Shown in pieces: positions 9,795-19,480 of a DNA stretch of 64,000 bases. Source of the DNA: a virus. The stretch spans positions 64,001-128,000 of the IMG/VR virus record IMGVR_UViG_3300046787_000130, one strand, 5' to 3'. Below the pieces are notes generated by a model. The model was given only the letters and a program-made list of their open reading frames with translations, searched no databases and was not told where the DNA came from. A program made the position numbers and the translations under genes. Numbering within the stretch: position 1 is the first letter of the stretch; each line of letters starts with the position of its first letter.

Positions 9795-11408
9795 ATGGCA
9801 GGATTCAATCTATTTGGCTTTGAACTGGTACGCAGTTCTGAATTAGAAAAAATTCAGCAGTCCCAGCAGCCACCAATCGCGCCCCCACTAAACGATGACG
9901 GTGCAATCAGCATTAATGCTAGTGCTGTTGGTGGATATTATGGCACATACTTAAATCTAGAAACAGCATTTAAAGATGAGAATGACCTCATCTCGCGTTA
10001 TCGTGCTATGGCTATGCAGCCTGAAATTGAACAAGCCGTTGATGAAGTAGTTAATGAAGCAATTGTTCATGATGAGAATGGTAAGTCTGTAGAAATTATC
10101 CTAGATGAACTACAGCAACCTGATACAATCAAAGAAATGATTCGTAACGAATTTAAAGAGGTACTGAAGTTATTGGACTTCGGTAATAGCGGCGCTGACA
10201 TATTCCGCCGCTGGTATGTTGATGGAAGATTGTTCTATCAAGTACAAATTAATAATGCAAACCCTAAACTTGGTGTAACTGGACTTGTGTACCTTGACCC
10301 ACGAAAGATTCGTAAGGTTCGTACAGTACAGAAGAGCAAAGACCCAAGAACAGGTATTGAGGTTGTTTCGGCTGATGAAGAGTTTTTCCTTTACAGCGAG
10401 AAGATTCTCAATACAAATAACAACATTGTAACCAATCCTATTGATGCTGCTCTAAAGATTGCTCCAGACGCAGTTGTTAACATCAATTCTGGTTTGATGG
10501 ATGTCACTAAGAATATTGTATTGTCTTATCTTCATAAGGCAATCAAGCCAATGAACCAGTTGCGTATGATTGAAGACGCAGTTGTCATCTATCGATTATC
10601 ACGTGCGCCAGAACGTCGAGTATTCTATATTGACGTTGGCAATCTGCCTAAGCAGAAAGCAGACCAGTATCTACAAAATGTTATGACAAAGTTTCGTAAC
10701 AAGATTGTATATGACTCGAATACTGGCGAAGTGCGCGATGACCGTCGCTTTATGTCGATGATTGAAGACTTCTGGTTGCCTCGTCGCGGTGAAGGTAAGT
10801 CAACTGAAATTACCACTCTGCCTCCTGGTCAGAACCTTGGTGAACTATCAGACGTCAAGTACTTTGAACAAAAACTATACAAGTCGCTTGGCGTACCTAT
10901 TTCACGTCTTGATTCATCAACAACGTCATTCTCTCTTGGTCGCACTAATGAGATTACTCGCGATGAATTAAGATTCTCTAAGTTTGTAGAGAGACTCCGC
11001 AATCGCTTCAGCACTATGTTTGATGAGTTGATGAAGCGTCAACTTGCTCTTAAGGGAATTGCTTCTCCTGAAGAGTGGGATGATATGAAGGAAAGCATTC
11101 ACTATGATTTCCTCAAAGACAATAACTTTGCTGAACTTAAGGACGCTGAACTCCTAACCAATCGTGTTTTGTTACTTAATAGCATGGTTCCTTTTGTTGG
11201 TTCATATTACTCAATGAATTGGGTCAAGAAGAATGTTCTACACTTGACTGAAGATGAAATTAAGCAGATGGACCAAGAGATGGTAGACGAACAAGAGAAG
11301 ATGGCGCAGATTAATCTAATGCAGCAAGCGCAAGCAGCTGCTCTAGGTGCTGCACCTACATCCGGTATAAATACAGGAAGCGCGCCAACTAGCGCACCAC
11401 CACAGTAA
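9795..11408 (+). CDS. gp20: Portal protein
   Basis: WYVDGR, IYRLSRAPERRVFYIDVGNLP, EDFWLPRR, ITRDE..F.KF..RLR. Confidence 0.97.
   Translation: MAGFNLFGFELVRSSELEKIQQSQQPPIAPPLNDDGAISINASAVGGYYGTYLNLETAFKDENDLISRYRAMAMQPEIEQAVDEVVNEAIVHDENGKSVEIILDELQQPDTIKEMIRNEFKEVLKLLDFGNSGADIFRRWYVDGRLFYQVQINNANPKLGVTGLVYLDPRKIRKVRTVQKSKDPRTGIEVVSADEEFFLYSEKILNTNNNIVTNPIDAALKIAPDAVVNINSGLMDVTKNIVLSYLHKAIKPMNQLRMIEDAVVIYRLSRAPERRVFYIDVGNLPKQKADQYLQNVMTKFRNKIVYDSNTGEVRDDRRFMSMIEDFWLPRRGEGKSTEITTLPPGQNLGELSDVKYFEQKLYKSLGVPISRLDSSTTSFSLGRTNEITRDELRFSKFVERLRNRFSTMFDELMKRQLALKGIASPEEWDDMKESIHYDFLKDNNFAELKDAELLTNRVLLLNSMVPFVGSYYSMNWVKKNVLHLTEDEIKQMDQEMVDEQEKMAQINLMQQAQAAALGAAPTSGINTGSAPTSAPPQ
11366..11373 (+). 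promoter_or_regulatory. T4 late promoter
   Basis: TATAAATA inside the portal 3' end, upstream of the core genes. Confidence 0.6.
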
Positions 11409-11417
11409 GGAACTAGC

Positions 11418-11786
11418 ATGAACACTAGAGATTTAATTGATATGATTGCTGATGAAAATGCAGATGGTGCTAATGCTGCGTTTGAAGCATTGTTAAGTGC
11501 AAAACTAGCCGATTCAATTGACGTAAAGAAGATTGAAGTTGCTTCTGCTATGTTCAATGGTCCAGAATCTGTAGCGGAGTCAATGACTAATCGTCAACTT
11601 GTTGCTGCTCTGGGCGCCGACCAACAAGCCAAAACATCTCTTGACAAGATGAACAAGTATGGTGTTGAAAAACTTCCAATGCGCGATAGAACCAATCTAA
11701 TGAAGATTCTTCCCTCATTGCTAAGAGCCAATCAGAAAGTTCTGCCTACAAGTTCAGTGCGCAAAGCACTCAAGGTCGCAGAATAA
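11418..11786 (+). CDS. Prohead core protein (gp67-like)
   Basis: Position after the portal; N-terminal acidic helical segment (A..AFEALL..K..D.ID.KKIEVA..MF). Confidence 0.6.
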   Translation: MNTRDLIDMIADENADGANAAFEALLSAKLADSIDVKKIEVASAMFNGPESVAESMTNRQLVAALGADQQAKTSLDKMNKYGVEKLPMRDRTNLMKILPSLLRANQKVLPTSSVRKALKVAE

Positions 11787-12238
11787 TGGATTTTAAAGAG
11801 TTACGCGAACAACTAACTGAAGGACAAGATGTAGCAAATCCTGCTGCAATGCTAGTTCTGAAGAGAAGAGGAATCAGAGTATTTCCTGATGGTCAACGTG
11901 TTGCTCTGTATACTAACGACAAGTATAACCTAACATTTATGGTGCCATATGGTAAGGGTGTTGAACACAACACTGTTATCAATCCAGTTCCAACTAATGA
12001 AGCGTTTGTTAATGTAATGGGTAGATTGGCTTCTGCTGTTGCTAATATTCCTAAGAATCTTGCTGCAAAAAAGCAGGCTGAATTAAAAGCAGCTGCTGAT
12101 AAGGCTAAAGCCGACAGAGAGAAAGCATCTCAACAGCATAAAGCAAGGCGCCAAAGACAACTTAAGAGAGCAGTACAGAATCGCAGAAAGCGTCAAGTTG
12201 CTGCGATTGTAGCCGCACGGAGTGGTAACCAACCATGA
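11786..12238 (+). CDS. Hypothetical head-associated protein
   Basis: In the head module; P..LVLKR..IR.FP.GQRVALY motif; N-terminus resembles a capsid targeting sequence. Confidence 0.65.
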   Translation: MDFKELREQLTEGQDVANPAAMLVLKRRGIRVFPDGQRVALYTNDKYNLTFMVPYGKGVEHNTVINPVPTNEAFVNVMGRLASAVANIPKNLAAKKQAELKAAADKAKADREKASQQHKARRQRQLKRAVQNRRKRQVAAIVAARSGNQP

Positions 12239-12513
12239 ACGAAGAAGCAATCATAGAATCATTTCTATCTGAAGCAAGAGTGCGTGTTGTCAAGGCTAGA
12301 ATTCGTGGCGGCAAGGTTCAACGTCGCAAGAAAGTATCTAATGTTGCTGGTTACAAGATTGCTGGTGGCAAACTACAACGCATGTCTGCTGCTGAAAAGA
12401 TGAAGAGAAAGCGTGCTGGTAAGGTTGCTGCTCGCAAGAGTAAGTCCAAGCAGGCTAGAGCAATGCTTAAGCGTAAGCGTTCACTACAAAAAAGAAAATC
12501 ACTAGGACTATAA
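12235..12513 (+). CDS. Basic prohead core protein (gp68-like)
   Basis: Lys/Arg-rich, ends KRKRSLQKRKSLGL, immediately before gp21. Confidence 0.7.
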   Translation: MNEEAIIESFLSEARVRVVKARIRGGKVQRRKKVSNVAGYKIAGGKLQRMSAAEKMKRKRAGKVAARKSKSKQARAMLKRKRSLQKRKSLGL

Positions 12514-12516
12514 GCC

Positions 12517-13161
12517 ATGAAACTAATCACGGAAATGCTAGACCAAGTTCAGTACATTACTGAAGAAAAGAATGGTGTTAAGTCTCTGTTCATTCAGGGT
12601 CCATTCCTAGTTGCTGAGACAAAGAACAAAAACGGTCGCGTATATCAAGCAGATATTATGGACCGCGAAGTAAATCGTTACATGGAAGAATACGTTGGTA
12701 AGAACCGCGCATTTGGTGAACTTGGACATCCAGATGGTCCTTCTATCAACCTAGATAGAGTATCACATCTAATTACTGGTCTTCAGCGTGAAGGCAATAT
12801 CTGGATTGGTAAAGCAAAGATTCTAGAAACTCCAATGGGTAAGATTGCTAAGAGCCTTATGGAAGGTGGCGCAACCCTTGGTGTTTCTTCAAGAGGTATG
12901 GGTTCACTCAAAGAAGTAAATGGAGTGAATGTAGTACAAGATGACTTTTATCTAGCCACAGCGGCTGATATTGTTGCCGACCCTTCTGCTCCTGGAGCAT
13001 TCGTACAAGGCATTATGGAAGGTAAAGAGTGGGTATGGGATAATGGTATCGTGAAAGAAGTGAATGTAGTAGAAATGTACGAAGAAATTAAGATGGCAAA
13101 GCAAAAGCAAATTGAGGAAGTGTCTCTCAAGATATTTGAGAATTTCCTCTCCAAACTTTAA
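12517..13161 (+). CDS. gp21: Prohead core protease
   Basis: MKLITE, N.NGRVY, GELGHP, GVSSRGMGSL, DIVADPSAP.AFV. Confidence 0.97.
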   Translation: MKLITEMLDQVQYITEEKNGVKSLFIQGPFLVAETKNKNGRVYQADIMDREVNRYMEEYVGKNRAFGELGHPDGPSINLDRVSHLITGLQREGNIWIGKAKILETPMGKIAKSLMEGGATLGVSSRGMGSLKEVNGVNVVQDDFYLATAADIVADPSAPGAFVQGIMEGKEWVWDNGIVKEVNVVEMYEEIKMAKQKQIEEVSLKIFENFLSKL

Positions 13162-13165
13162 AATT

Positions 13166-13173
13166 TATAAATA
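13166..13173 (+). promoter_or_regulatory. T4 late promoter
   Basis: TATAAATA upstream of gp22. Confidence 0.75.
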
Positions 13174-13199
13174 AGAATAATCTCTACAGGAGTTTTCAA

Positions 13200-14459
13200 A
13201 TGGGTAAGACATTAGCAGAATCTGCCGCTGAAATTCTAGCCGCATCTGTTGGCAAAAATCAAGAGCCAACAAAGAAGTTGCCTGGCGAAGCAAATGACCT
13301 CGGCGGCGCAACAACAGAAAATCCTGGTGCTGAAGGCGTAGGCAAGAAAGCCTCTGCTGTAAATTCAGAAGCACCTAAGCCAGCCGCCAAGGGTGATGCT
13401 AAGTCAGCAAAGACCCCAAATATGGCTGAAGAAACTTCAGAAGAAGGTGTCAATCTAGAAGACCTTTCTGAAGAAGAACTAGATGAACTTCTAGCATCTC
13501 TATCAGAAGAAGAGATGGCAGAACTAGAAGCATCTCTAGAAGTCTCTGATGAAGACGCAATTAATGAACTTTCTGAAGAAGAACTAGATGAACTTCTAGC
13601 ATCTCTATCAGAAGAAGAGATTGCTGCTCTGGAAGAAGAGATGAAGGAAATGGAAGAGCCTAAGAGCAAGAAGAGCAAAAAGGCAATGCCTACTGCTGAA
13701 GCAATTGACGTCAAGGAATTGGTAAAGGCAAACATGGTCTCCATGAAGGAAGACGTTGATGCCCTATTCAATGGCGAATCGCTATCAGAAGAGTTCCGCA
13801 CAAAGGCAACAACAATCTTTGAAGCAGCTGTACAGGCTCGTGTAGAAGCAGTTGTCGCAACTGTTGTTGCTAAGAACAATGACTACCTATCTGAAGCATC
13901 TGACGCACTACGCGACAATCTTGCAGAACAGGTTGATAGTTACCTAAACTATGTTGTTGAAGAGTGGATGACAGCAAACCAAGTAGCCGTTGAATCTGGT
14001 CTACGTGGCGAGATTGCTGAAGGCTTTATCAAGGGTCTTAAGGGTCTATTTGCTGAACACTACATTGAAGTTCCGGAAGACAAGATTGACCTTGTTGATG
14101 AACTAGCAACAACAGTTAATACTCTAGAAAATGACCTAGCAGAAGAAGTTGCTGCTAAGGCTGTTCTCCAGAAGTCATTAAACGAATCAAAGGCTCAGGA
14201 AGCACTCCGCAAGATTTGCGAAGGTCTAACTGAGGTACAAATTCAGAAGATTAAGACACTCGCAGAGGGCGTCGAATTCACCACAGCAGGTGAGTACACT
14301 GAGAAACTCACGGTAATCCGTGAAAACTACTTCCCAACAAAGAATGCTAAGAGCGAGGCTCCAGCTGCTATTGTTGAGACAGCAGATGCATCTGCTGAAA
14401 ACGTCGCACCAAGAATGGACTTGTACGTCAAGGCAATTACCAAGACACTACCAGTCTAA
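13200..14459 (+). CDS. gp22: Prohead core scaffolding protein
   Basis: LSEEF..KATTIFEAAV, VDSYLNYVVEEW...N..AVE.G, LF.EHYI.VP. Confidence 0.93.
   Translation: MGKTLAESAAEILAASVGKNQEPTKKLPGEANDLGGATTENPGAEGVGKKASAVNSEAPKPAAKGDAKSAKTPNMAEETSEEGVNLEDLSEEELDELLASLSEEEMAELEASLEVSDEDAINELSEEELDELLASLSEEEIAALEEEMKEMEEPKSKKSKKAMPTAEAIDVKELVKANMVSMKEDVDALFNGESLSEEFRTKATTIFEAAVQARVEAVVATVVAKNNDYLSEASDALRDNLAEQVDSYLNYVVEEWMTANQVAVESGLRGEIAEGFIKGLKGLFAEHYIEVPEDKIDLVDELATTVNTLENDLAEEVAAKAVLQKSLNESKAQEALRKICEGLTEVQIQKIKTLAEGVEFTTAGEYTEKLTVIRENYFPTKNAKSEAPAAIVETADASAENVAPRMDLYVKAITKTLPV
13464..13621 (+). repeat. 53-nt perfect direct repeat inside gp22 (13464-13516 and 13569-13621)
   Basis: ctttctgaagaagaactagatgaacttctagcatctctatcagaagaagagat twice, encoding LSEEELDELLASLSEEE. 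Confidence 0.9.
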
Positions 14460-14485
14460 TTTAAATTTTAACGGAGATTAACCAA

Positions 14486-15826
14486 ATGTATCTATCAGAA
14501 ACTCATGGTAAGAAGTGGGCTCCAGTATTGGACCACTCTGACCTACCTGCAATTAAAGACCCATACAAGCGTGCAGTTACAGCTGTTGTTCTTGAGAACC
14601 AAGAGCGCGCAATTATGGAAGATGCGCAGAATATGCGTAATCTTTTCGAAGCAACACCTGTTAACGTTGCTCCAACATCACCAACAAGCGGCAACCTTCA
14701 GGGTTTTGACCCAATTCTAATCGGATTGGTCCGTCGCGCACTTCCAAACCTAATGGCATACGACATCTGCGGCGTTCAGCCAATGACTGGTCCAACAGGT
14801 TTGATTTTCGCAATGCGCACACGTTACTCTGCACCAAACGGTACAGAAGCATTCTACGGCGAAGCAAATACCACATTCTCTGGTAATACTGCTACTGCTC
14901 TAACTGCTAACGTTGACGTTGCTCTAGATGTTGGTACACCAAGCGGTAACATTGCTCGCTTTGGCACAGCAAACACCGGCGTACCTATTTCAACGGCAGT
15001 TGGTGAAACCCTCGGTCTAGCAAACATGGCATTCTCAATTGAGCGTGTATCTGTAACTGCTCAGACACGTGGTCTACAGGCTTCCTACACAATGGAACTT
15101 GCACAAGACCTCAAGGCAATCCACGGTCTAGACGCAGAAACAGAGTTGACAAACATTTTGTCAACTGAAATTCTTGCTGAAATCAATCGTGAAGTTGTCC
15201 GTACAGTCTATGCAACTGCAAACGTTGGCGTTGTTGGCGTAAGCACAGCATCAATCAACGTAGCAAACGCTGGTACAGTCTCTGACGGTCTATCAGGTCG
15301 TTGGCAGGTAGAAAAGTACAAGGGTCTATTGTTCCAGATTGAACGTGCTGCTAACAAGATTGCTAAGGATACCCGTCGCGGTAAGGGCAACATGCTAATC
15401 GTCTCTACAGACGTAGCATCTGCACTTGCAATGTCAGGTCTTCTTGACTATAACTCAGCATTGTCTGGCAACACAAACCTAAATGTTGACGACACTGGCA
15501 ACACCTTTGCAGGTATGCTATTCGGTCGCATCAAGGTCTACGTTGACCCATACTCAGTAACAGGCAGCGACTTCGTTGTTGTTGGTTATAAGGGTACAAA
15601 TCCTTACGATGCTGGTCTATTCTACTGCCCATATGTACCTCTACAGATGGTCCGTGCAATCGACCCAGACAACTATCAGCCAAAGGTTGGATTCAAGACT
15701 CGCTACGGCATGGTCGCAAATCCATTCGCAGGTGGCACAAATACGGCTCTCGCTGGTGCAATTACAACAAACACCAACGTTTACTACCGTAAGTTTGCTA
15801 TCTACAACCTAACATCAACTCCTTAA
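14486..15826 (+). CDS. gp23: Major capsid protein
   Basis: KW.P.L, LENQE, GVQPMTGPTGLIFAMR, ELAQDLKAIHGLDAE.EL, GFKTRYG. Confidence 0.98.
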   Translation: MYLSETHGKKWAPVLDHSDLPAIKDPYKRAVTAVVLENQERAIMEDAQNMRNLFEATPVNVAPTSPTSGNLQGFDPILIGLVRRALPNLMAYDICGVQPMTGPTGLIFAMRTRYSAPNGTEAFYGEANTTFSGNTATALTANVDVALDVGTPSGNIARFGTANTGVPISTAVGETLGLANMAFSIERVSVTAQTRGLQASYTMELAQDLKAIHGLDAETELTNILSTEILAEINREVVRTVYATANVGVVGVSTASINVANAGTVSDGLSGRWQVEKYKGLLFQIERAANKIAKDTRRGKGNMLIVSTDVASALAMSGLLDYNSALSGNTNLNVDDTGNTFAGMLFGRIKVYVDPYSVTGSDFVVVGYKGTNPYDAGLFYCPYVPLQMVRAIDPDNYQPKVGFKTRYGMVANPFAGGTNTALAGAITTNTNVYYRKFAIYNLTSTP

Positions 15827-15881
15827 TAGGGTTTGATGCTGGTAATTTGAAGCGACAGACTACAATAATAATAGTCGAATT

Positions 15882-15910
15882 GAGGGGGCTGAAAAGCCCC
15901 CTCTTTTTTT
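15882..15910 (+). terminator. Rho-independent terminator after gp23
   Basis: GAGGGGGCT-GAAA-AGCCCCCTC-T7. Confidence 0.92.
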
Positions 15911-15913
15911 ATC

Positions 15914-15920
15914 CTAAATA
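15914..15920 (+). promoter_or_regulatory. T4-type late promoter
   Basis: CTAAATA upstream of gp3. Confidence 0.65.
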
Positions 15921-15936
15921 AAGCAGGAGGACTACC

Positions 15937-16479
15937 ATGACAATTATCAACAGAAATCCTACAAACAAAGACTTGTTGCAGACTACCAAGTTTATGCTGA
16001 CTTTTAGTCGGCTACCTAACTTGTCTTTCTTCTGTCAATCTGCTAATCTTCCTGGCGTATCCCTAAGTGAAGTTCCTTTCAATACACCATTTATTGATTT
16101 GTATGTTCCTGGTGAGAAACTAGCCTATGATATGTTTAACACTACATTTCTTGTAGATGAAGATATCAGTGGCTGGAAACAAATTCACGATTGGATTCGT
16201 GCAATGACCTTCCCAGTTGAATTTAAAGAGTACATGAACCGCGAAAGCCTCTCTGCTGTATCTAATCTGAGAATGAACTCCAGTTTGCCACCGCAGTACT
16301 CAGATGCTATCCTTACAATCTATACAAACAAGAACAATGCAAATTTCAGAGTGCATTTTAAAAACTTGTTTCCTGTAACTCTTGGCAGCATCCTTTTCAA
16401 TACATCAGACAATGCTGAATACATTGCTACATCTGATGTATCATTCCGCTTTGACTACTATGAGATTGAAAAGATTTGA
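15937..16479 (+). CDS. gp3: Tail tube terminator / tail completion protein
   Basis: FFCQSANLPG.SL, FLVDED...W..IHDW, SDA.L.I, F..LFP..L. Confidence 0.88.
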   Translation: MTIINRNPTNKDLLQTTKFMLTFSRLPNLSFFCQSANLPGVSLSEVPFNTPFIDLYVPGEKLAYDMFNTTFLVDEDISGWKQIHDWIRAMTFPVEFKEYMNRESLSAVSNLRMNSSLPPQYSDAILTIYTNKNNANFRVHFKNLFPVTLGSILFNTSDNAEYIATSDVSFRFDYYEIEKI

Positions 16480-16504
16480 CTTTTGAAGTTAGATAGGATA
16501 TACT
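16476..16504 (+). promoter_or_regulatory. Sigma70-type promoter for uvsY
   Basis: TTGACT-17 nt-TATACT. Confidence 0.7.
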
Positions 16505-16532
16505 ATCCTGTCTCTCTTTATAATGGTGATGT

Positions 16533-16988
16533 ATGGCTAATAAACTTGAAACTCCTCCTTTGGAGCAGATTATTGAGCATTGGACCAAGGATTCTGAAGT
16601 AGACTCTACAGAACCTGGCAAGGAAATTCTCCGTATTCCTTTGCTACACAACAAGTACAACAAGTTTCTAACTCTTCATAACCTTTCAGCCAAGAAAGCA
16701 GGTTATGATTATGCCAAAATGAAAAAGACCAAGTGGGCATACTATAGTGGTAGAATGTCGCAGGAAGAGTTGGATAAGTATGGTTGGGAGCCATTTCAAT
16801 TTGTTCTCAAGACCGATATCAATCTCTATCTTGATGGAGATGATGACCTGAATAAGTTAGCCCGAAAGAAAGCCTATCATGAAGAAGCCTCATCTTTCTG
16901 TACTAATGTTATGAAGGAATTAAACAATCGTACTTGGCAGCTGAAGGAATTTATGGCATGGGAGCGATTCATCAGCGGACAATTCTAA
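16533..16988 (+). CDS. uvsY: Recombination mediator
   Basis: W..DS..D...P..E...IP.LH.KY, YYSG, RTWQLK...W.RF..G. Confidence 0.9.
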   Translation: MANKLETPPLEQIIEHWTKDSEVDSTEPGKEILRIPLLHNKYNKFLTLHNLSAKKAGYDYAKMKKTKWAYYSGRMSQEELDKYGWEPFQFVLKTDINLYLDGDDDLNKLARKKAYHEEASSFCTNVMKELNNRTWQLKEFMAWERFISGQF

Positions 16989-18443
16989 ATGGTTGATATA
17001 GAGATACACCAACTTAATAACAGTTACATAAAGGTTATTTGCGAACCATCTATTAGTCAGGAACTATGTGATTTCTTTACGTTTGATGTTCCTGGCGCAC
17101 AGTTCTCTCCTCAATACAAGAGTAGATACTGGGATGGTAAAATTAGACTCTATTCAATAAAGACTAATCAAGTATACGCAGGTTTGGCTTCTCATGTAGA
17201 AGCCTTTGCTGAATTGCAGGGTTATACTTGCAGTAAAACAATGCTTAATGATACTCCGGTAACATTACCCAACAAAGAGTTCATTAGCAAACTTAATTTA
17301 CCTGTTGAACCTAGAGATTACCAGATTGCTGCTTTCTTGTACTCACTAACCAAGAAGCGCACTGTTCTACTGTCTCCAACAGCATCTGGTAAGTCTCTAA
17401 TCATCTATCTGATAGCAAGTTGGTTGTTATCTCACGGCAAGAAGCAAGGATTGCTAATTGTCCCAACTGTATCTCTTGTTGAGCAGATGTATAGTGACTT
17501 TAAGTCATATGGGCTAGATGTAGACAAGTACTGTCAGAAAATCTATCAGGGTCAGGATAAAGCCCCATCTGCTCCCCTAGTAATCTCAACTTGGCAATCA
17601 ATCTTTGAAATGCCAAAATCATATTTCGCTAAGTTTGATTTCGTTATTGGAGATGAAGCCCATACATTCGCGGCTAAGTCTTTGACGGCAATTATGACCC
17701 GTCTTGTTAATTGTGACTATCGCATTGGTACAACTGGTACACTTGATGGTACTAAGGTCAACAAACTAGTGCTTGAAGGTCTGTTTGGTCCTGTAAAGAA
17801 GTTTATCTCTACCAAGGAACTAATTGACAGAGGGCAACTAGCTGACTTTGGTATCAAGTGTTTAATTCTACAGTATGCTGAGCAAGTGTGCAAAGAATTA
17901 AAAGGAAAGACCTATCAGGAAGAGATTGAATTTCTAATAGGTTGTGATAACAGAAATAAATTCATTACAAATTTGACTTTATCGCTGAAAGGTAATACAC
18001 TAGTACTTTATAGTTACGTTGAGAAGCATGGCAAGGTGCTTTTTGAGTTGATACAACAACAAGTAACTGAAGGTCGCAAAGTGTTCTTTATTCACGGTGG
18101 AGTTGATGCGTTAGACCGTGAAGCAGTTAGAGCAATCACCGAAAAGGAAACTGATGCCATCATCGTTGCTTCCTACGGCACGTTCTCTACTGGCATTAAT
18201 ATACGCAACCTACATAATATAGTCTTTGCATCTCCTACTAAGAGCAAGATTCGTACACTACAATCGATTGGTCGTGGTCTACGATTAGGAGAGAATAAAG
18301 ATAAGGCTATGTTGTATGATATATCTGATGATTTAAGATACAAGACAAACGTAAACTTTACGCTACGTCATTTTGAAGAACGAGTGAAGATGTATAGTGA
18401 AGAGAAGTTTACATTCACTACAAATACGATAAGGATAGCATAA
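16989..18443 (+). CDS. uvsW: SF2 DNA/RNA helicase
   Basis: WDGKIRL, PTASGKS, DEAH, GTTGT, QSIGRGLR. Confidence 0.96.
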   Translation: MVDIEIHQLNNSYIKVICEPSISQELCDFFTFDVPGAQFSPQYKSRYWDGKIRLYSIKTNQVYAGLASHVEAFAELQGYTCSKTMLNDTPVTLPNKEFISKLNLPVEPRDYQIAAFLYSLTKKRTVLLSPTASGKSLIIYLIASWLLSHGKKQGLLIVPTVSLVEQMYSDFKSYGLDVDKYCQKIYQGQDKAPSAPLVISTWQSIFEMPKSYFAKFDFVIGDEAHTFAAKSLTAIMTRLVNCDYRIGTTGTLDGTKVNKLVLEGLFGPVKKFISTKELIDRGQLADFGIKCLILQYAEQVCKELKGKTYQEEIEFLIGCDNRNKFITNLTLSLKGNTLVLYSYVEKHGKVLFELIQQQVTEGRKVFFIHGGVDALDREAVRAITEKETDAIIVASYGTFSTGINIRNLHNIVFASPTKSKIRTLQSIGRGLRLGENKDKAMLYDISDDLRYKTNVNFTLRHFEERVKMYSEEKFTFTTNTIRIA

Positions 18444-18835
18444 TGACACAACAAATCGAGTTTATGCGCCTAACTACAGGCGAAGAGATTGTTGCTTCTG
18501 TAACACATAATGGCGACAAGATTCGTATTGACAATCCGCTTATTGTTGAAGTTGAAACCTTTATGGAAGAAGGTAAGCAGCTGCTATACATGAAGGAATA
18601 TCTCCCACAGTCTATCGTTGATATCAAGAGCGTTGAGATTCCTTCAGATATGGTAATCATTGCTGTTAAGGTCAGCGAAGAATTTCTTGACCAGTACAAT
18701 CAAGCAACTGAGTATTTTTATAACTCAGAAATTAAAAAGCCTTCTAAAAAGAAGGCTAATAAAGTTGATGAGACAGGAAAGGTAGTTGCTTTATTTGAAG
18801 CACTATTGGAGAAGAAGGATAAAACAGTTCATTGA
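18443..18835 (+). CDS. Conserved T4-like hypothetical protein (Sm-like fold)
   Basis: RL.TGEEI.A N-terminus; usual position between uvsW and gp55. Confidence 0.7.
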   Translation: MTQQIEFMRLTTGEEIVASVTHNGDKIRIDNPLIVEVETFMEEGKQLLYMKEYLPQSIVDIKSVEIPSDMVIIAVKVSEEFLDQYNQATEYFYNSEIKKPSKKKANKVDETGKVVALFEALLEKKDKTVH

Positions 18836-18840
18836 TACTA

Positions 18841-18906
18841 TTAACTAACGAATCAGTGATTGTTAACTAACGACTTGCTTACTAGTAACTAAAGAATCAC
18901 TTCACA
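18841..18906. repeat. Three ~22-bp tandem repeats with core TAACTAA(C/A)GA
   Basis: Units start at 18841, 18863 and 18885. Confidence 0.75.
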
Positions 18907-18918
18907 GCGGACATACTG

Positions 18919-18947
18919 ATTATATACCCTACAGAGAGAAAAGTAAA
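18919..18947 (-). promoter_or_regulatory. Antisense sigma70-type promoter upstream of gp55
   Basis: Minus strand TTTACT-17 nt-TATAAT. Confidence 0.6.
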
Positions 18948-18954
18948 GTAAATT

Positions 18955-19479
18955 ATGGCAAAGAATCACTACATTGATAACAAACTATTTCTAGTACACA
19001 TGACTGAATACCGTGCTGCGGTAGATGTTGCTAAGGCTGAAGATAAGAAAAAGCCTCAGATTCCAAGATATGTTGCTGAAGCATTTATGAAGATTGCGGA
19101 GAACCTTTCACACAAACCCAACTTCCTATCCTATTCATTCAGAGATGAAATGGTTGCTGATGCGATTGAAAATTGTGTAATGTATGCTAGCAACTTTGAC
19201 CCGAAAAAGTCATCAAATCCGTTTGCCTATTTCACTCAAATAGCGTATTATGCTTTCTTGAGGCGCATCCATCGCGAGAAGAAGCAGCTGTACGTTAAGT
19301 ACAAGTCTACTGAACAGGCTGGTATCATGGATGAGTTTGAACAACTTGAGTCTGATGATGGTCAGACAAGACAGTTTGAAATGTATGAGAACATCTCTGA
19401 GTTTATTGAAAACTTTGAAACAGCAAAGAAGAACAAGAAACTTAAGAAGATGAATCTGGAGAAGTTTGTAGAGGAATAG
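18955..19479 (+). CDS. gp55: Late transcription sigma factor
   Basis: HYIDNK.F, KIAENLSHKPNF..Y, NFDP.KS.NPFAYFTQI.YYAFLRRI..EKKQ. Confidence 0.96.
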   Translation: MAKNHYIDNKLFLVHMTEYRAAVDVAKAEDKKKPQIPRYVAEAFMKIAENLSHKPNFLSYSFRDEMVADAIENCVMYASNFDPKKSSNPFAYFTQIAYYAFLRRIHREKKQLYVKYKSTEQAGIMDEFEQLESDDGQTRQFEMYENISEFIENFETAKKNKKLKKMNLEKFVEE

Positions 19480-19480
19480 T

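Noticed and set aside
13259-13879. 206-aa Ser-rich minus-strand ORF
   Set aside because: Antisense of Glu-rich gp22 codons
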